The translations under genes and the position numbers were made by a program. From positions 69,824-133,823 of the forward strand of contig JAKLGH010000001.1 in assembly GCA_022710775.1 (NCBI GenBank): 64,000 bases of DNA. Direction: 5' to 3'. How positions within the stretch are numbered: position 1 is the stretch's first letter; each line of letters opens with the position of its first letter. Source of the DNA: Patescibacteria group bacterium. GTDB taxonomy: Bacteria > Patescibacteriota > Minisyncoccia > Minisyncoccales > UBA5738. Shown one piece after another: positions 9,181 through 19,157 of the stretch. The notes beneath the pieces were generated by a model. The model made no database searches and was not told the origin of the DNA. It saw only the letters and a program-made list of their open reading frames with translations.

Positions 9181-9267
9181 TATTGTACGCTCGCCGCTAC
9201 AAATGGCGCGTTTTCCGCCCCATAAATCACGGCGACGCTGTTAATTTATTTGCCGTATATGTTTATT

Positions 9268-11646
9268 TTATAAATTATTTTCCAACTTCGCAAGCTTCAT
9301 GATCGTTTTAATCACAGAATCGGGATTCAACGACATGGACTCAATCCCCTCATCCATGATGAATTGGGCAAAATCAGCATAATCGCTGGGCGCTTGTCCG
9401 CAAATACCGCAGTATTTTCCCCGCGCCTTGCATTTGGCGATGACGGCCCTAATCAGCGATTTCACCGCTTCATTACGCTCATCTCCGATCTTGGCAATTA
9501 GCGAAGAATCGCGGTCCAGTCCAAGCGTTAGCTGCGTCAGATCGTTAGATCCTATCGACATACCGTCGAAAATATCCAAAAATTGATCGGCGAGAACGAC
9601 ATTGGACGGAATTTCGCACATCACCATCACTTTAAGATCATCTGCTCCCTGCATGAGGCCATTTTCCTTCATCACCGCCAAAACTTTCCGCCCCTCTTCC
9701 ACGGTCCGGCAAAAAGGGATCATAGTCCAGATATTGCGCAAACCGAATTCCTCGCGAACTTTCCGTATCGCTGAGCACTCCATGGCAAAGGCCGGAGCAA
9801 ACTCCGGATCGTAATATCGCGACGCGCCGCGCCATCCGATCATCGGATTCGATTCGTTCGGTTCGTAAGCTTCACCGCCCAATAATGATCTGTATTCGTT
9901 GGTCTTAAAATCGGAGAATCTGACAATCACCGGTTTGGGCCAGAAAGCCGCGCCAATCTGCGCCACTCCTTGGGCAAGCTTTGAAACAAAAAATTCCTTT
10001 TTGTCTTTGTATCCGACCGTGATCTCGTCGATCTTTTTCTTCAAAACCGGATCTTTTAACTCGTCAAAATGGTATAACGCAAGCGGATGAACCTTCACTT
10101 TATCCGCGAAGATAAATTCCACGCGCGCCAACCCGACTCCGTCGTTCGGCAAAAAAGAAGATTTGAAAGCGCCATCAGGCGTACCGACATTCAGCATGAT
10201 CTTTACCGGAAGCTTCGGCATTTTCAAAAGGTCGTAGCGTTTAACCTCGTAATCAATCTTTCCCGAAAAAACCCGGCCATTGAGGCCCTGGGTGCAGTCA
10301 ACCGTAATTTCCTGGCCGGTCTTTAAAGATCTGGTTCCGTTTTTAGAACCGACGATACAAGGAATACCCAGCTCCCGCGAAATGATGGCGGCATGGCAGG
10401 TTTTCGACCCTTCGTCAGTAATAATGGCGGCCGCCAGGCGCATGATCGGCGTCCAATCAGGATCGGTCATCTTGGTCACGAGAATCTCTCCTTGCTTAAA
10501 TTCTCTGATCCGCGAAACATCGAGAATTACTCTGGCTTTTCCCTGTCCTATCTTATTGCCAACCGATATGCCCGTAATCACAGGATCCTCTACGCTCCTG
10601 ATATTGTATTCTTCATAAATCTGTCCGATATTGGTGGAATAGATCGTCTCCGGCCGCGCCTGCACGATAAAAAGTTCTCCGGTCTTGCCGTCTTTTGCCC
10701 ACTCGATGTCCTGCGGCGCGCCATAATGCTCTTCGATCAAAGCCGCCCAATTAGCCAATTGCAGCACTTCATCATCGGTAATCGAGTATTCCAGCTGGTC
10801 TTTTTTAGCTACCGGAACTTCTTTTAGGCCGTTTCCGGCGCCGTAAACATATTTTTTGTCCTTACGGCCAAGATTCCTGATTATTATCGGCCGCTTCCCT
10901 TCTTTTAAGGTAGGTTTAAACACATAAAACTGGTCGCTGGTAATTCGGCCCTTAACGATCAGCTCTCCGATCCCGTAGATTGATGAAATCGAAACAACAT
11001 TGCGGAATCCGGTCTCGGTATCGATTGTAAACATTATGCCCGAAGACGCCAGATCCGACCGCACCATTTTCATCACTCCTACCGACAAAGCCACTTTCAT
11101 ATGGTTAAAACCTTTTTCTTCGCGATAAACTATCGCCCGTTCCAAAAACAAAGAAGAAACGCATTTCTTTACCGCCGCCAAAACTCCCGCCGGCCCGGTC
11201 ACATTAAGGTATGTTTCGTGCTGGCCGGCGAACGATGCGTCCGCCAGGTCCTCGGCCGTCGCCGATGACCTGACCGCCACATCCACGTTTTTCGTGCCGT
11301 AAGCATTGGAGAGCGCGGCGTAGCTATCCAAAATGGCCGTTCTTAAATCGGCGGGAAATTTCCCCCCCATAACCAGATCTCGGGCTTTACGCGAAACCGA
11401 CTTAAGCGAATTAAGATTTTTGTGGTCCAGTTTGGAAAAAACCTGTTCCAATTTATCAATAAGGCCGTTGTGTTCCAGGTAATACCAGTAGGCATCGGAT
11501 GTAAAAATGAATCCATTCGGCACTTTGACGCCGCGCGGGGTCAGTTGGGAATACATCTCCCCCAGCGACCCGTTCTTTCCGCCAACCAGAGGAATATCTT
11601 TTTTCGTCACCTGGTCAAACCAAACAATATTTTGTTTTTGCTCCAT
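9268..11646 (-). CDS. ppsA: phosphoenolpyruvate synthase (pyruvate, water dikinase)
   Basis: 792 aa. N-terminal ATP-grasp region VWFDQVTKKDIPLVGGKNGSLGEMY. Phosphohistidine swivel TDEGSKTCHAAIISRELGIPCIVG. The C-terminal PEP-binding barrel reads GMSIGSNDLTQLTLGLDRDS. Confidence 0.95.
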   Translation of the reverse strand: MEQKQNIVWFDQVTKKDIPLVGGKNGSLGEMYSQLTPRGVKVPNGFIFTSDAYWYYLEHNGLIDKLEQVFSKLDHKNLNSLKSVSRKARDLVMGGKFPADLRTAILDSYAALSNAYGTKNVDVAVRSSATAEDLADASFAGQHETYLNVTGPAGVLAAVKKCVSSLFLERAIVYREEKGFNHMKVALSVGVMKMVRSDLASSGIMFTIDTETGFRNVVSISSIYGIGELIVKGRITSDQFYVFKPTLKEGKRPIIIRNLGRKDKKYVYGAGNGLKEVPVAKKDQLEYSITDDEVLQLANWAALIEEHYGAPQDIEWAKDGKTGELFIVQARPETIYSTNIGQIYEEYNIRSVEDPVITGISVGNKIGQGKARVILDVSRIREFKQGEILVTKMTDPDWTPIMRLAAAIITDEGSKTCHAAIISRELGIPCIVGSKNGTRSLKTGQEITVDCTQGLNGRVFSGKIDYEVKRYDLLKMPKLPVKIMLNVGTPDGAFKSSFLPNDGVGLARVEFIFADKVKVHPLALYHFDELKDPVLKKKIDEITVGYKDKKEFFVSKLAQGVAQIGAAFWPKPVIVRFSDFKTNEYRSLLGGEAYEPNESNPMIGWRGASRYYDPEFAPAFAMECSAIRKVREEFGLRNIWTMIPFCRTVEEGRKVLAVMKENGLMQGADDLKVMVMCEIPSNVVLADQFLDIFDGMSIGSNDLTQLTLGLDRDSSLIAKIGDERNEAVKSLIRAVIAKCKARGKYCGICGQAPSDYADFAQFIMDEGIESMSLNPDSVIKTIMKLAKLENNL

Positions 11647-11852
11647 ATTTTATTGAATTAACATTACGCATAACAACCAATTTCGCCTGCGAAAAAATAT
11701 TTTTTATAGAGTATCGGGAATTACTAACGCAAGCCATTTTAATTATCTAATTATTACTGCCGCTGGATTATGCCGCGTCGATTAGCGTACTTAAGAGCTA
11801 GGCCGGCAAGAAAAGCATCGGCGCCGCGATCAGCGGTTCCTTTGCTAAGAAA

Positions 11853-13790
11853 TCATGACTTTTGCTCCGGCCCTGAACCCTGGACCGTATCCTGGATCTG
11901 CTGAACGCTTTCGGGGTTGGCCAGGGTTGATAAATCGCCCATTTCCTCTTTGGAAAGGGTCTTCCGTAAAAGCCGCCTCATAATTTTTCCCGATCTCGTT
12001 TTAGGCAGATCCTTAACGATAAAAACTTCTTTGGGAGAAGCGATCGGGCCGATTTCCTCTCGAATTATCCTGATTACATCAGCCTTAAGCTGGTCGGCCG
12101 GAATATCGGATTTAGATACTACGAATACTACCGGAACCTCGCCCTTTATATCGTCAGCCACTCCAACTATGGCGCACTCGGCTACGCTTAAATTTTTAGC
12201 CAAAGCGCTTTCCATCTCGCCTGTCGTCAATCGGTGGCCTGCTACTTTTATCTGATCATCCGCCCGGCCCACCACCCTGATCAAGCCGTTTTTGTCCTTA
12301 TAGCCCAGATCGCCCGAAAAATACATTTTGTTGTTGTAAGCGCTCCAATAAGTATCCAAATATTTCTTTTCGTTATTGTAAATTCCCCGCAAAAGGCTGG
12401 GCGTGAAAGGCGGCAATAAAACCAGGTTGCCTTCTTTGCCCGCCTTGCATTCCTTACCGTCATCGTCAACAATCCTCACCCTAACGCCGGGAAAAGGCAA
12501 TCCGGTAAACGCCGGCTTAAACGGGCCGAGCCCGGCCAGGGAGGTAACAATGATCCCGCCGGTTTCCGTTTGCCACCAGGTATCAAGCAACGGGCACTTT
12601 CCTTTTCCGATTTCATTAAAATACCACAACCAGGCTTTTTCGCTGATCGGCTCGCCGACGGAAGCGATGACTTGAAGAGTATTTAAGCGGTACGGTTTCA
12701 ATGAATCCGTTCCGGTTTTCATAAACATTCTGATTACCGTCGGCGCCGTGTAAAAGGTAGTAACCCCGTATTTATCAATAACCTGAGCCCATCTGTCCGT
12801 ATTCGGCCAATCGGGCAGGCCCTCGAAAATAAGAAAAGTCGCGCCGTTCAGAAGCGGCCCGTAGCAGGAGTACGTATGGCCGGTCACCCAGCCGATATCG
12901 GCGGTCGACCAAAAAATATCTTCATCATTGATATCGAAAATCCATTTATCGGTAGCGTAAGCCTGCACCATATAGCCGCCGCAAACATGAACACACCCCT
13001 TGGGCTTGCCGGTCGAACCGCTGGTATACAAAATAAACAGCGGATCCTCCGAATCCATCGGTTGCGCACCGATAGAATCTGCCTCATCTTTGGTAACATC
13101 GTGGTACCAAAAATCGCGCCCTTCGTTCCACGGCACTTGGTTTCCCGCTCTTTTGACCACGATAACTTTTTTGACAGCGGTACCGTCCAAGCCGTCATCA
13201 GCTCCTTTTTTCAGTTCGATAACCTTGCCCCGCCGGTAATAACCATCTGCCGTGATCAGCAGTTTCGCTTGCGAGTCCTGTAGCCTCACTTGCAGAGCGT
13301 TGGAGGAAAATGCGGAAAAAACCACCGAATGCACCGCTCCAATCCGGGCGCAAGCCAACATCGAAACCACCACTTCAGGAATCATCGGAAGATAAATCCC
13401 GACCCGATCGCCCTTTTTTACGCCCATCTTTTTTAGCGCCCCGGCCAAACGCGACACATCGCGATAAAGATCGTAATAAGTAAGGATTCTTTTAGGCTCG
13501 GCCGGATTCTCCGGCTCCCAAATCAAAGCTACTTTGTTTTTGCGGAGCTTCAAATGCCGATCCAGGCAATTGATGGTAATATTCGATTTTGCGCCGGCAA
13601 ACCAGGAAAAATGGGGAGGAGTTCCAACGTATACTTTACGCCATTTTTTAATCCAATCCAGCTCCAATGCCAGAGTAGCCCACATTTTTTGGGGATTGGC
13701 TTCCGCTTGCTTATAAATCGCGCGGCTTTTCAGCCAAGCTCTTTTCTTTACCTCTGTTGACGGATAAAAAAGATCGCCTGATTTTTTCAT
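11853..13790 (-). CDS. acs: acetyl-CoA synthetase (AMP-forming)
   Basis: LYTSGSTGKPKG AMP-binding motif, WWQTETGG, and the tail KTRSGKIMRRLLRK. The track ORF extends to 13961 and overlaps gap. The ATG at 13790 (MKKSGDLFYPSTEV..) removes the overlap and fits the family N-terminus. Confidence 0.9.
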   Translation of the reverse strand: MKKSGDLFYPSTEVKKRAWLKSRAIYKQAEANPQKMWATLALELDWIKKWRKVYVGTPPHFSWFAGAKSNITINCLDRHLKLRKNKVALIWEPENPAEPKRILTYYDLYRDVSRLAGALKKMGVKKGDRVGIYLPMIPEVVVSMLACARIGAVHSVVFSAFSSNALQVRLQDSQAKLLITADGYYRRGKVIELKKGADDGLDGTAVKKVIVVKRAGNQVPWNEGRDFWYHDVTKDEADSIGAQPMDSEDPLFILYTSGSTGKPKGCVHVCGGYMVQAYATDKWIFDINDEDIFWSTADIGWVTGHTYSCYGPLLNGATFLIFEGLPDWPNTDRWAQVIDKYGVTTFYTAPTVIRMFMKTGTDSLKPYRLNTLQVIASVGEPISEKAWLWYFNEIGKGKCPLLDTWWQTETGGIIVTSLAGLGPFKPAFTGLPFPGVRVRIVDDDGKECKAGKEGNLVLLPPFTPSLLRGIYNNEKKYLDTYWSAYNNKMYFSGDLGYKDKNGLIRVVGRADDQIKVAGHRLTTGEMESALAKNLSVAECAIVGVADDIKGEVPVVFVVSKSDIPADQLKADVIRIIREEIGPIASPKEVFIVKDLPKTRSGKIMRRLLRKTLSKEEMGDLSTLANPESVQQIQDTVQGSGPEQKS

Positions 13791-13881
13791 GATTGGTCTG
13801 GTTTCGTTTTTTAAATCGCTAATTGAGTCGCGGCCGCCAAGTCGACAGCGGCGCTTGAAGAACAATTTAAAACTTGGCCTC

Positions 13882-14904
13882 CTAAATTTTCTTTCCAACC
13901 AGCTCGGCAAAGTCGGATAAGCGCGTGGCATATCCCCATTCGTTGTCATACCAAGAAACAATCTTAACCAAATTTCCGCTGGCCATGGTCAGCGCCGCAT
14001 CAACTACCGACGAATAAACGCAGCCGATGAAATCGGTCGAGACCAGCGGATCTTTCTCAAAGCCAAGAATCCCTTTTAAAGGGCCTTTGGCCGAAGCGGC
14101 CTCAAGAGCGGCGTTTACGCCAGCAACATCAACATCTTTATTTAAAACGCAGACCAGATCAACCACCGAAACGGTGGGAGTAGGCACCCTTAGCGCGATA
14201 CCGTCAAGCTTGCCTAAAAGATCGGGAATCACTTTGCCGATCGTTTTAGCCGCTCCGGTCGTTGTCGGAATGATGTTTAAAGCGGCAGCGCGCGTTCTTC
14301 TCAAATCCTTATGGGCAAAATCCAAAATGCGTTGGTCATTAGTGTAAGCGTGAACCGTGGTCATAAAACCGCGCTGAATGCCCCAATTATCGTGTAAAAC
14401 CTTAGTGATCGGCGCCAGGCAGTTGGTCGTGCAGGAACCCATATCGACAACGTCGTACTTGGAAAGATCCAAATCTTTGTCGTTTACGCCCAAAATATAA
14501 GAAGGCACCTTGTCAGCGTCTTTGGAAGGCGCTGAAATCACTACCTTCCTCGCTCCGGCATCGAGATGCTTTTTAGCGTCGTCGTATTTGGTAAACTTGC
14601 CCGTGCATTCCAGTACGATATCAACTTTCAGATCCTTCCAAGGCAGCTTGGTCGGATCGATCTCCGCAAAAACCGCAATCTCTTTAGAACCTTTTTTATC
14701 CGATATATTCAGTTTTCCTCCGTCAATCGATATGTCTTTTTTATATCCTCCATAAACCGAGTCATGCTTCAAAAGGTGGCAGAGAACTTTGGGATCCGTA
14801 AGATCGTTAACCGCCACGATCTGAACATTCGGATGGTTGTCAACGATATTCCTGAGCACAATACGTCCGATCCGGCCAAGGCCGTTAATTGCGATTTTTA
14901 CCAT
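13882..14904 (-). CDS. gap: glyceraldehyde-3-phosphate dehydrogenase (type I)
   Basis: MVKIAINGLGRIGRIVLR Rossmann start, active site SCTTNCLAP, and the WYDNEWGY C-terminal motif. Confidence 0.95.
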   Translation of the reverse strand: MVKIAINGLGRIGRIVLRNIVDNHPNVQIVAVNDLTDPKVLCHLLKHDSVYGGYKKDISIDGGKLNISDKKGSKEIAVFAEIDPTKLPWKDLKVDIVLECTGKFTKYDDAKKHLDAGARKVVISAPSKDADKVPSYILGVNDKDLDLSKYDVVDMGSCTTNCLAPITKVLHDNWGIQRGFMTTVHAYTNDQRILDFAHKDLRRTRAAALNIIPTTTGAAKTIGKVIPDLLGKLDGIALRVPTPTVSVVDLVCVLNKDVDVAGVNAALEAASAKGPLKGILGFEKDPLVSTDFIGCVYSSVVDAALTMASGNLVKIVSWYDNEWGYATRLSDFAELVGKKI

Positions 14905-15058
14905 ATGTTAATATGCGTTTGTTTCCCGCCAATCGGGCTCCAAGCCGCAGAACTTGGAAATTAATATTTGTCTTTAATGTGCCGGCCAGCCGGAAACGCC
15001 AACTGGCGGCTGTCTAACTTATGCGCCCGCTTGAACAGCGGGCGCATGCTTCAAAAAA

Positions 15059-15289
15059 TCAGGCGATTTTTAAAATCTTGTCGATCTTTTCTTTGTCAAA
15101 ACCGATTATGATCGAACCATCGATATCGAGCACCGGAACTCCGATTTGATCTGATTTTTTTACCATATCGTCACGTTCCTGCTCGTTGGACGATACGTCA
15201 ATATCGGTAAATTCAACACCCTTATCTCTCAGATACTGCTTAAGCGTTGAACAATAAGGACAATACGGAGTAGAATATAGTTTGACCAT
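15059..15289 (-). CDS. glutaredoxin-like / NrdH-like small redoxin
   Basis: MVKLYSTPYCPYCSTLKQYLRDKGVEFTDIDV...GVPVLDIDG: a CPYC active site on a Grx fold. The ATG at 15289 is preferred over the track start at 15361, which would overlap the upstream gene. Confidence 0.8.
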   Translation of the reverse strand: MVKLYSTPYCPYCSTLKQYLRDKGVEFTDIDVSSNEQERDDMVKKSDQIGVPVLDIDGSIIIGFDKEKIDKILKIA

Positions 15290-15308
15290 AAGTATGATTT
15301 GTTGGAAT

Positions 15309-16412
15309 CTACCCTCCGCAAGCTCCGCTCGATGCTCCGCTGGAAGAGGAATCGGAACCAAACCCGGACGAAGGACTCTCGTTGGAAAGCTCGGTAGCGC
15401 ATTCGGCCGGTTCGCTATTGAATGCCGCGCAAATAGTTTTTTTAAACTGCTCCGGAGTCCTGGGGCTTACTTCAACTTTCGTATCGTTAATAACTACTGT
15501 CGGGGAACCTTCAACGCCATATTGGACGTTCAATTCGGTATGGACGTCGAATTTCGGGAATTGGCCGCTCAACCATGATGCCTTGTCATTGTAGTTAGCG
15601 GTAACTTTAAATTGGGTATCCGATTCGGAAACGCACTTTCCCAGCACGGATTCATCGATCCGGGCTTCAGCAAGGCATTTCTGGAAATTTGCCGTGCAAT
15701 CGCCGGATTTGCAATCATTATACGCCGTATCAGCCACGAAACAGGCTAAATAGGCCGAATATTTTTCCTTCTGATCCTTTTGAATGCAATATTGCCTTAA
15801 ATTTTCATCGATCTCCGCTTTTCCATGCATAGCGTAATTTACGAAATAAACGCCCATATCGGTTTTATCCTTAAGCAAATCGTAGGCCGGTAAAAACATC
15901 TTTTCCGCAGACAAACCGAAAGGGCAATACGACATTACGAATAGTTTTACGCTGGGCTTATCGCTTTTTTCAACCTGAACCGGTTCGCTTGCCTCCGGCT
16001 CGCCATTGGTCTCCTCCATTTTTACCCCTTGGACAAAAAGCATTTTGCCGTTCTTTGTAACGTAAGATTCATATTCCTGGTCGTCTACTTTTAATTTAAA
16101 AGTGTAAAGGCCATTCTCTTCCTTGACGCTGACTAAAGTCGCGGTTGACCCTTCCGACAGCAAATTTTTGTTCGCGAACTCTATCGCTTTCTCTCCCGCT
16201 TCCTGGGGCGACAGATCCTTTTCTTTCGCCACAATTTTTAGATCAAGTACGCTGCCGGAAAGAACGCTTTTGTTGTCCGCGGCAGTATCCTCGGAACCAT
16301 CATTCTTTACCAACTGGTAGTTGCTGAAAAAATATATTCCTCCCGCTAATAAAACCAACAAAATCACTCCCCCTACATACAGTTTTTTCTTCGTTATTTT
16401 TATTTTATTCAT
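15309..16412 (-). CDS. membrane-anchored thioredoxin-fold (DsbA-like) protein with a Ser/Gly-rich C-terminal tail
   Basis: N-terminal TM segment (LYVGGVILLVLLAGGIYFF). The DsbA-like region is KLFVMSYCPFGLSAEKMF...YGVEGSPTVVIND, with a CPFG motif rather than canonical CxxC. The assignment is tentative. Confidence 0.5.
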   Translation of the reverse strand: MNKIKITKKKLYVGGVILLVLLAGGIYFFSNYQLVKNDGSEDTAADNKSVLSGSVLDLKIVAKEKDLSPQEAGEKAIEFANKNLLSEGSTATLVSVKEENGLYTFKLKVDDQEYESYVTKNGKMLFVQGVKMEETNGEPEASEPVQVEKSDKPSVKLFVMSYCPFGLSAEKMFLPAYDLLKDKTDMGVYFVNYAMHGKAEIDENLRQYCIQKDQKEKYSAYLACFVADTAYNDCKSGDCTANFQKCLAEARIDESVLGKCVSESDTQFKVTANYNDKASWLSGQFPKFDVHTELNVQYGVEGSPTVVINDTKVEVSPRTPEQFKKTICAAFNSEPAECATELSNESPSSGFGSDSSSSGASSGACGG

Positions 16413-16579
16413 GGTAATGATTCGGCTCGTTTTCCCGGATTTACGCTCCGCTGAAAATTGCAGATCGCTTTAATGCTTCAAATGCGAAAAAACGGCGGCC
16501 AATGGTATTTTATCGAATGTTTGTGGTTTAAACCAGATAAAAGGTTAATGCCAGCCATTCAATATATGAATGAAATATA

Positions 16580-16861
16580 TCACGATTCTTTTTTTGTGTA
16601 AACTTTGAGAGCCGAATTCAGCTCTCTTATCATGTTCTCCAAATCAAGACCGTAAGCCCCGCTAACCTGGCCGAGCGTCAAAGTATCTATTTCGAACTTG
16701 GCCATAGGACACGATAAACAAGGAAAATCGTACTTACGCAAAACATCCTCGACCAAAGGATACTCCAGAATTTCGGCCAGTTTCGTATTTTCAGTTATTG
16801 CCGATAATGGATTTATTGAGGATTTTTTTGGCCTATCTGTTTTTTTTCTTTGTTTAGGCAT
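16580..16861 (-). CDS. DUF1858-like small redox-disulfide domain protein (hybrid-cluster-protein-associated type)
   Basis: TKLAEILEYPLVEDVLRKYDFPCLSCPMAKFEIDTLTLGQVSGAYGLD resembles the DUF1858 CxxC domain. It overlaps the upstream membrane-protein gene by 8 nt. Confidence 0.55.
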   Translation of the reverse strand: MPKQRKKTDRPKKSSINPLSAITENTKLAEILEYPLVEDVLRKYDFPCLSCPMAKFEIDTLTLGQVSGAYGLDLENMIRELNSALKVYTKKES

Positions 16862-17369
16862 GGCTTTTTGACTTATACAATCTTACAGCTAAATATGCTG
16901 CCAGGCAACCCAGCAATGCCGTAGCCAATTGCGTATAGCTTATCACCGAAGAAACACCGCGGCTTATGGCAGGATCGGCGAAAAAACCCAGATAGAAAAA
17001 ACCGGCCAAGCTTAAAAAAGCGTATTTGGCGGAACTGGAAGCGATCGCAGCCGTTATAAAACCGCGATTCCTGAAAAAATCAAAAACTTCAATAAAAATG
17101 GCATTGGCTATGACAATAACCGGAATAAGGGGAGCCAATATGAGAGGCAATGTTCCATTGATAGCCGCGATCGTACTCGGCAGCAGCGCCACTCCTAAGG
17201 CCGGTTTTTTCCCCAGCGTGATTAAAGCGACGACCAGGCAGGCGTTTACAATGGTTCCGGTCAGCAATTGAACCCGAAGCAGCGGCGCCAGGACTGCAGC
17301 TAAGGTCAACACTGCCATGCCGGCCGCCACATTAATCCGTGATAAGACTGCAAATTTTTGTTGTATCAT
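16854..17369 (-). CDS. integral membrane protein (about 5 TM helices), function unknown
   Basis: 171-aa, very hydrophobic ORF lying between the hydrogenase genes and the DUF1858 gene. No confident family call. Confidence 0.5.
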   Translation of the reverse strand: MIQQKFAVLSRINVAAGMAVLTLAAVLAPLLRVQLLTGTIVNACLVVALITLGKKPALGVALLPSTIAAINGTLPLILAPLIPVIVIANAIFIEVFDFFRNRGFITAAIASSSAKYAFLSLAGFFYLGFFADPAISRGVSSVISYTQLATALLGCLAAYLAVRLYKSKSHA

Positions 17370-17417
17370 CGTTTTTTTTATTCAATATTTACCGGCCGCA
17401 GCCGCCATCAAGCATTT

Positions 17418-19157
17418 TTAATCTTTTTGCCGGATCGTAGCAATCCGGCTTTTTTGCTTTTGTTTATAACGCGTATGCAATATATGATGGATCTTTTTCT
17501 GGTCTTTAGCAAAAAAATCGTCATAGATCTTTAATACCTGCGGATTTTCGTGGGCAACCCGGACCTCCTTTTCGCAATCGATCTGATATAAAGCCTGCGC
17601 CCTTTTTTTACGGATCTCGTCGCTGACGGGCAGCGGCTGGCCGCCGCCGCCGATGCATCCGCCGGGACAAGCCATGATTTCAATATAATCGTACGCTTTG
17701 GGATCCTCCGCCAATTCATCCAAGATCAATTTGGCATTTTCCATGCCATTGGCAACCGCAGCTTTGAGCGTCAAATCGCCTATTTTAACCTGGGCTTTCT
17801 TAAAACCAACAATTCCCCGAACGCTTGTGCAAGCAAGATCAGCCATATTTTTACCGGTAAGCCGCCAGTAGGCGGTCCGGATAGCCGATTCCATCACTCC
17901 TCCGGTGGCACCGTAGATCACGCCTGCTCCGGTATGGACGCCAAGCGGATCGTCGGCAGATTCAGCTTTAAGACTCTTCAGGTCTATTTTATTCAGCCGG
18001 AACAGCCGCCCAAGCTCGCGGGTAGTGAGAACCGTATCGATGGGTTTTAAACCGTTTATCCTGGCCTCGGGTTTTTCAATTTCGTATTTCTTGGCCGTGC
18101 AAGGCATGATGGAAACAACCACGATATTCCTTGGATCGATCTTTTCTTTTTGAGCCCAGTAGGTTTTTATCAGGCTGCCCAGCATGTTTTGAGGCGACTT
18201 AACGCTGGTCAGGTTCGGAATCAGGTCGGGCCGGTAAAATTCGACATACTTGACCCAGGCGGGACAACAAGATGTGAACATCGGGAGAATCTTTTTTTGG
18301 CTGATGCGGTCCACCAGTTCTTCGGCTTCTTCGATCGTCGTAAAATCTGCGGCGGTTGACACATCGAATACCTTGTTGAATCCCAGTTTTTTAAGCCCGG
18401 CCACCAGCTGCCCGGTAACAACCGAACCGTAGGGCATTCCGGCCGCTTCGCCGATACTTGCCCTGATGGAAGGCGCGAACTGGACAACCATCACCTTTTT
18501 TTTATCGGCCAGCAGATTCCGGATCTCTTCGAATTCCCCAACCGCCTCGATTGCTCCAACCGGACAGTGGACAATGCATTGGCCGCAATAGATACAATCT
18601 TTTTTAGGATCGTATGACGGCTCGATCACGGTCCGGAAACCCTTGTTTTTCAATTCCAGAAAATTGGCCTGTTGCCGTGAACAAATTTCAACGCAATTGC
18701 GGCAATCGATACATTTGGAGCGGTCAAATTCGATCGGCCCGAATTTATAAGTAGCGAATTTCTTTTTACGGTCGGAAAACCGGTCTATTTTGGCTTTAAA
18801 CTGGGTAACATATTTCAAAAGACGGCATTCGGCGAGCCAAACGCAATCGGCGCATTCCTCACGATGCTGCGACATTATCAATTCCAGATTGGTTTTGCGC
18901 AAAGCCCTTAACCGGTCGTTGTCGGTTATAATCTGCATCCCCTGCCGGATTTTAGTCGCGCACGCGGGAACCACTCCTTTTTCTCCAACAATCTCCACTA
19001 CGCAAATGCGGCAGTTGGCGCGGACCGCCAAATCGGGATGATGGCAAAGGGCGGGAATTTCAATATTGGCCGCTGCCGCGGCCTCGAGTATGCTTTTTCC
19101 TGCCTGCGCTTTGACGGATCGTCCGTCAATCATGATCTCTATTTGTTCTGATTCCAT
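17418..19157 (-). CDS. hydA: [FeFe]-hydrogenase catalytic subunit (HydA/HndD-like, with N-terminal 2Fe-2S and 4Fe-4S ferredoxin domains)
   Basis: H-cluster motifs FTSCCPAWV, MPCTAKKYE and EIMACPGGCIGGGGQP. N-terminal 2Fe-2S region ALCHHPDL..CRICVVE. Two CxxCxxCxxxCP motifs (CIDCRNCVEIC, CIYCGQCIVHCP). Confidence 0.92.
   Translation of the reverse strand: MESEQIEIMIDGRSVKAQAGKSILEAAAAANIEIPALCHHPDLAVRANCRICVVEIVGEKGVVPACATKIRQGMQIITDNDRLRALRKTNLELIMSQHREECADCVWLAECRLLKYVTQFKAKIDRFSDRKKKFATYKFGPIEFDRSKCIDCRNCVEICSRQQANFLELKNKGFRTVIEPSYDPKKDCIYCGQCIVHCPVGAIEAVGEFEEIRNLLADKKKVMVVQFAPSIRASIGEAAGMPYGSVVTGQLVAGLKKLGFNKVFDVSTAADFTTIEEAEELVDRISQKKILPMFTSCCPAWVKYVEFYRPDLIPNLTSVKSPQNMLGSLIKTYWAQKEKIDPRNIVVVSIMPCTAKKYEIEKPEARINGLKPIDTVLTTRELGRLFRLNKIDLKSLKAESADDPLGVHTGAGVIYGATGGVMESAIRTAYWRLTGKNMADLACTSVRGIVGFKKAQVKIGDLTLKAAVANGMENAKLILDELAEDPKAYDYIEIMACPGGCIGGGGQPLPVSDEIRKKRAQALYQIDCEKEVRVAHENPQVLKIYDDFFAKDQKKIHHILHTRYKQKQKSRIATIRQKD

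Noticed and set aside
11647-11852. 206-nt ppsA-acs intergenic region containing AGGCGAAAT, a 9-mer shared with the 3' end of the repeated element
   Set aside because: Only this short word is shared and the surrounding order differs. This is insufficient to call a fifth element copy.
13791-13961. N-terminal 57-codon extension of the acs ORF (similar over-long starts occur at rplY, grx, eno, trxB, ppiB, iscR, tetR)
   Set aside because: The extensions overlap the upstream gene, a promoter or a repeat element, and are not part of the conserved family N-termini. Internal ATGs give clean non-overlapping genes.
15021-15047. Strong 10-bp GC hairpin ATGCGCCCGC-TTGAACA-GCGGGCGCAT between grx and gap, considered as a terminator
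   Set aside because: No U-tract follows it on either strand. It may be an RNA stability or processing element, but it cannot be called an intrinsic terminator.
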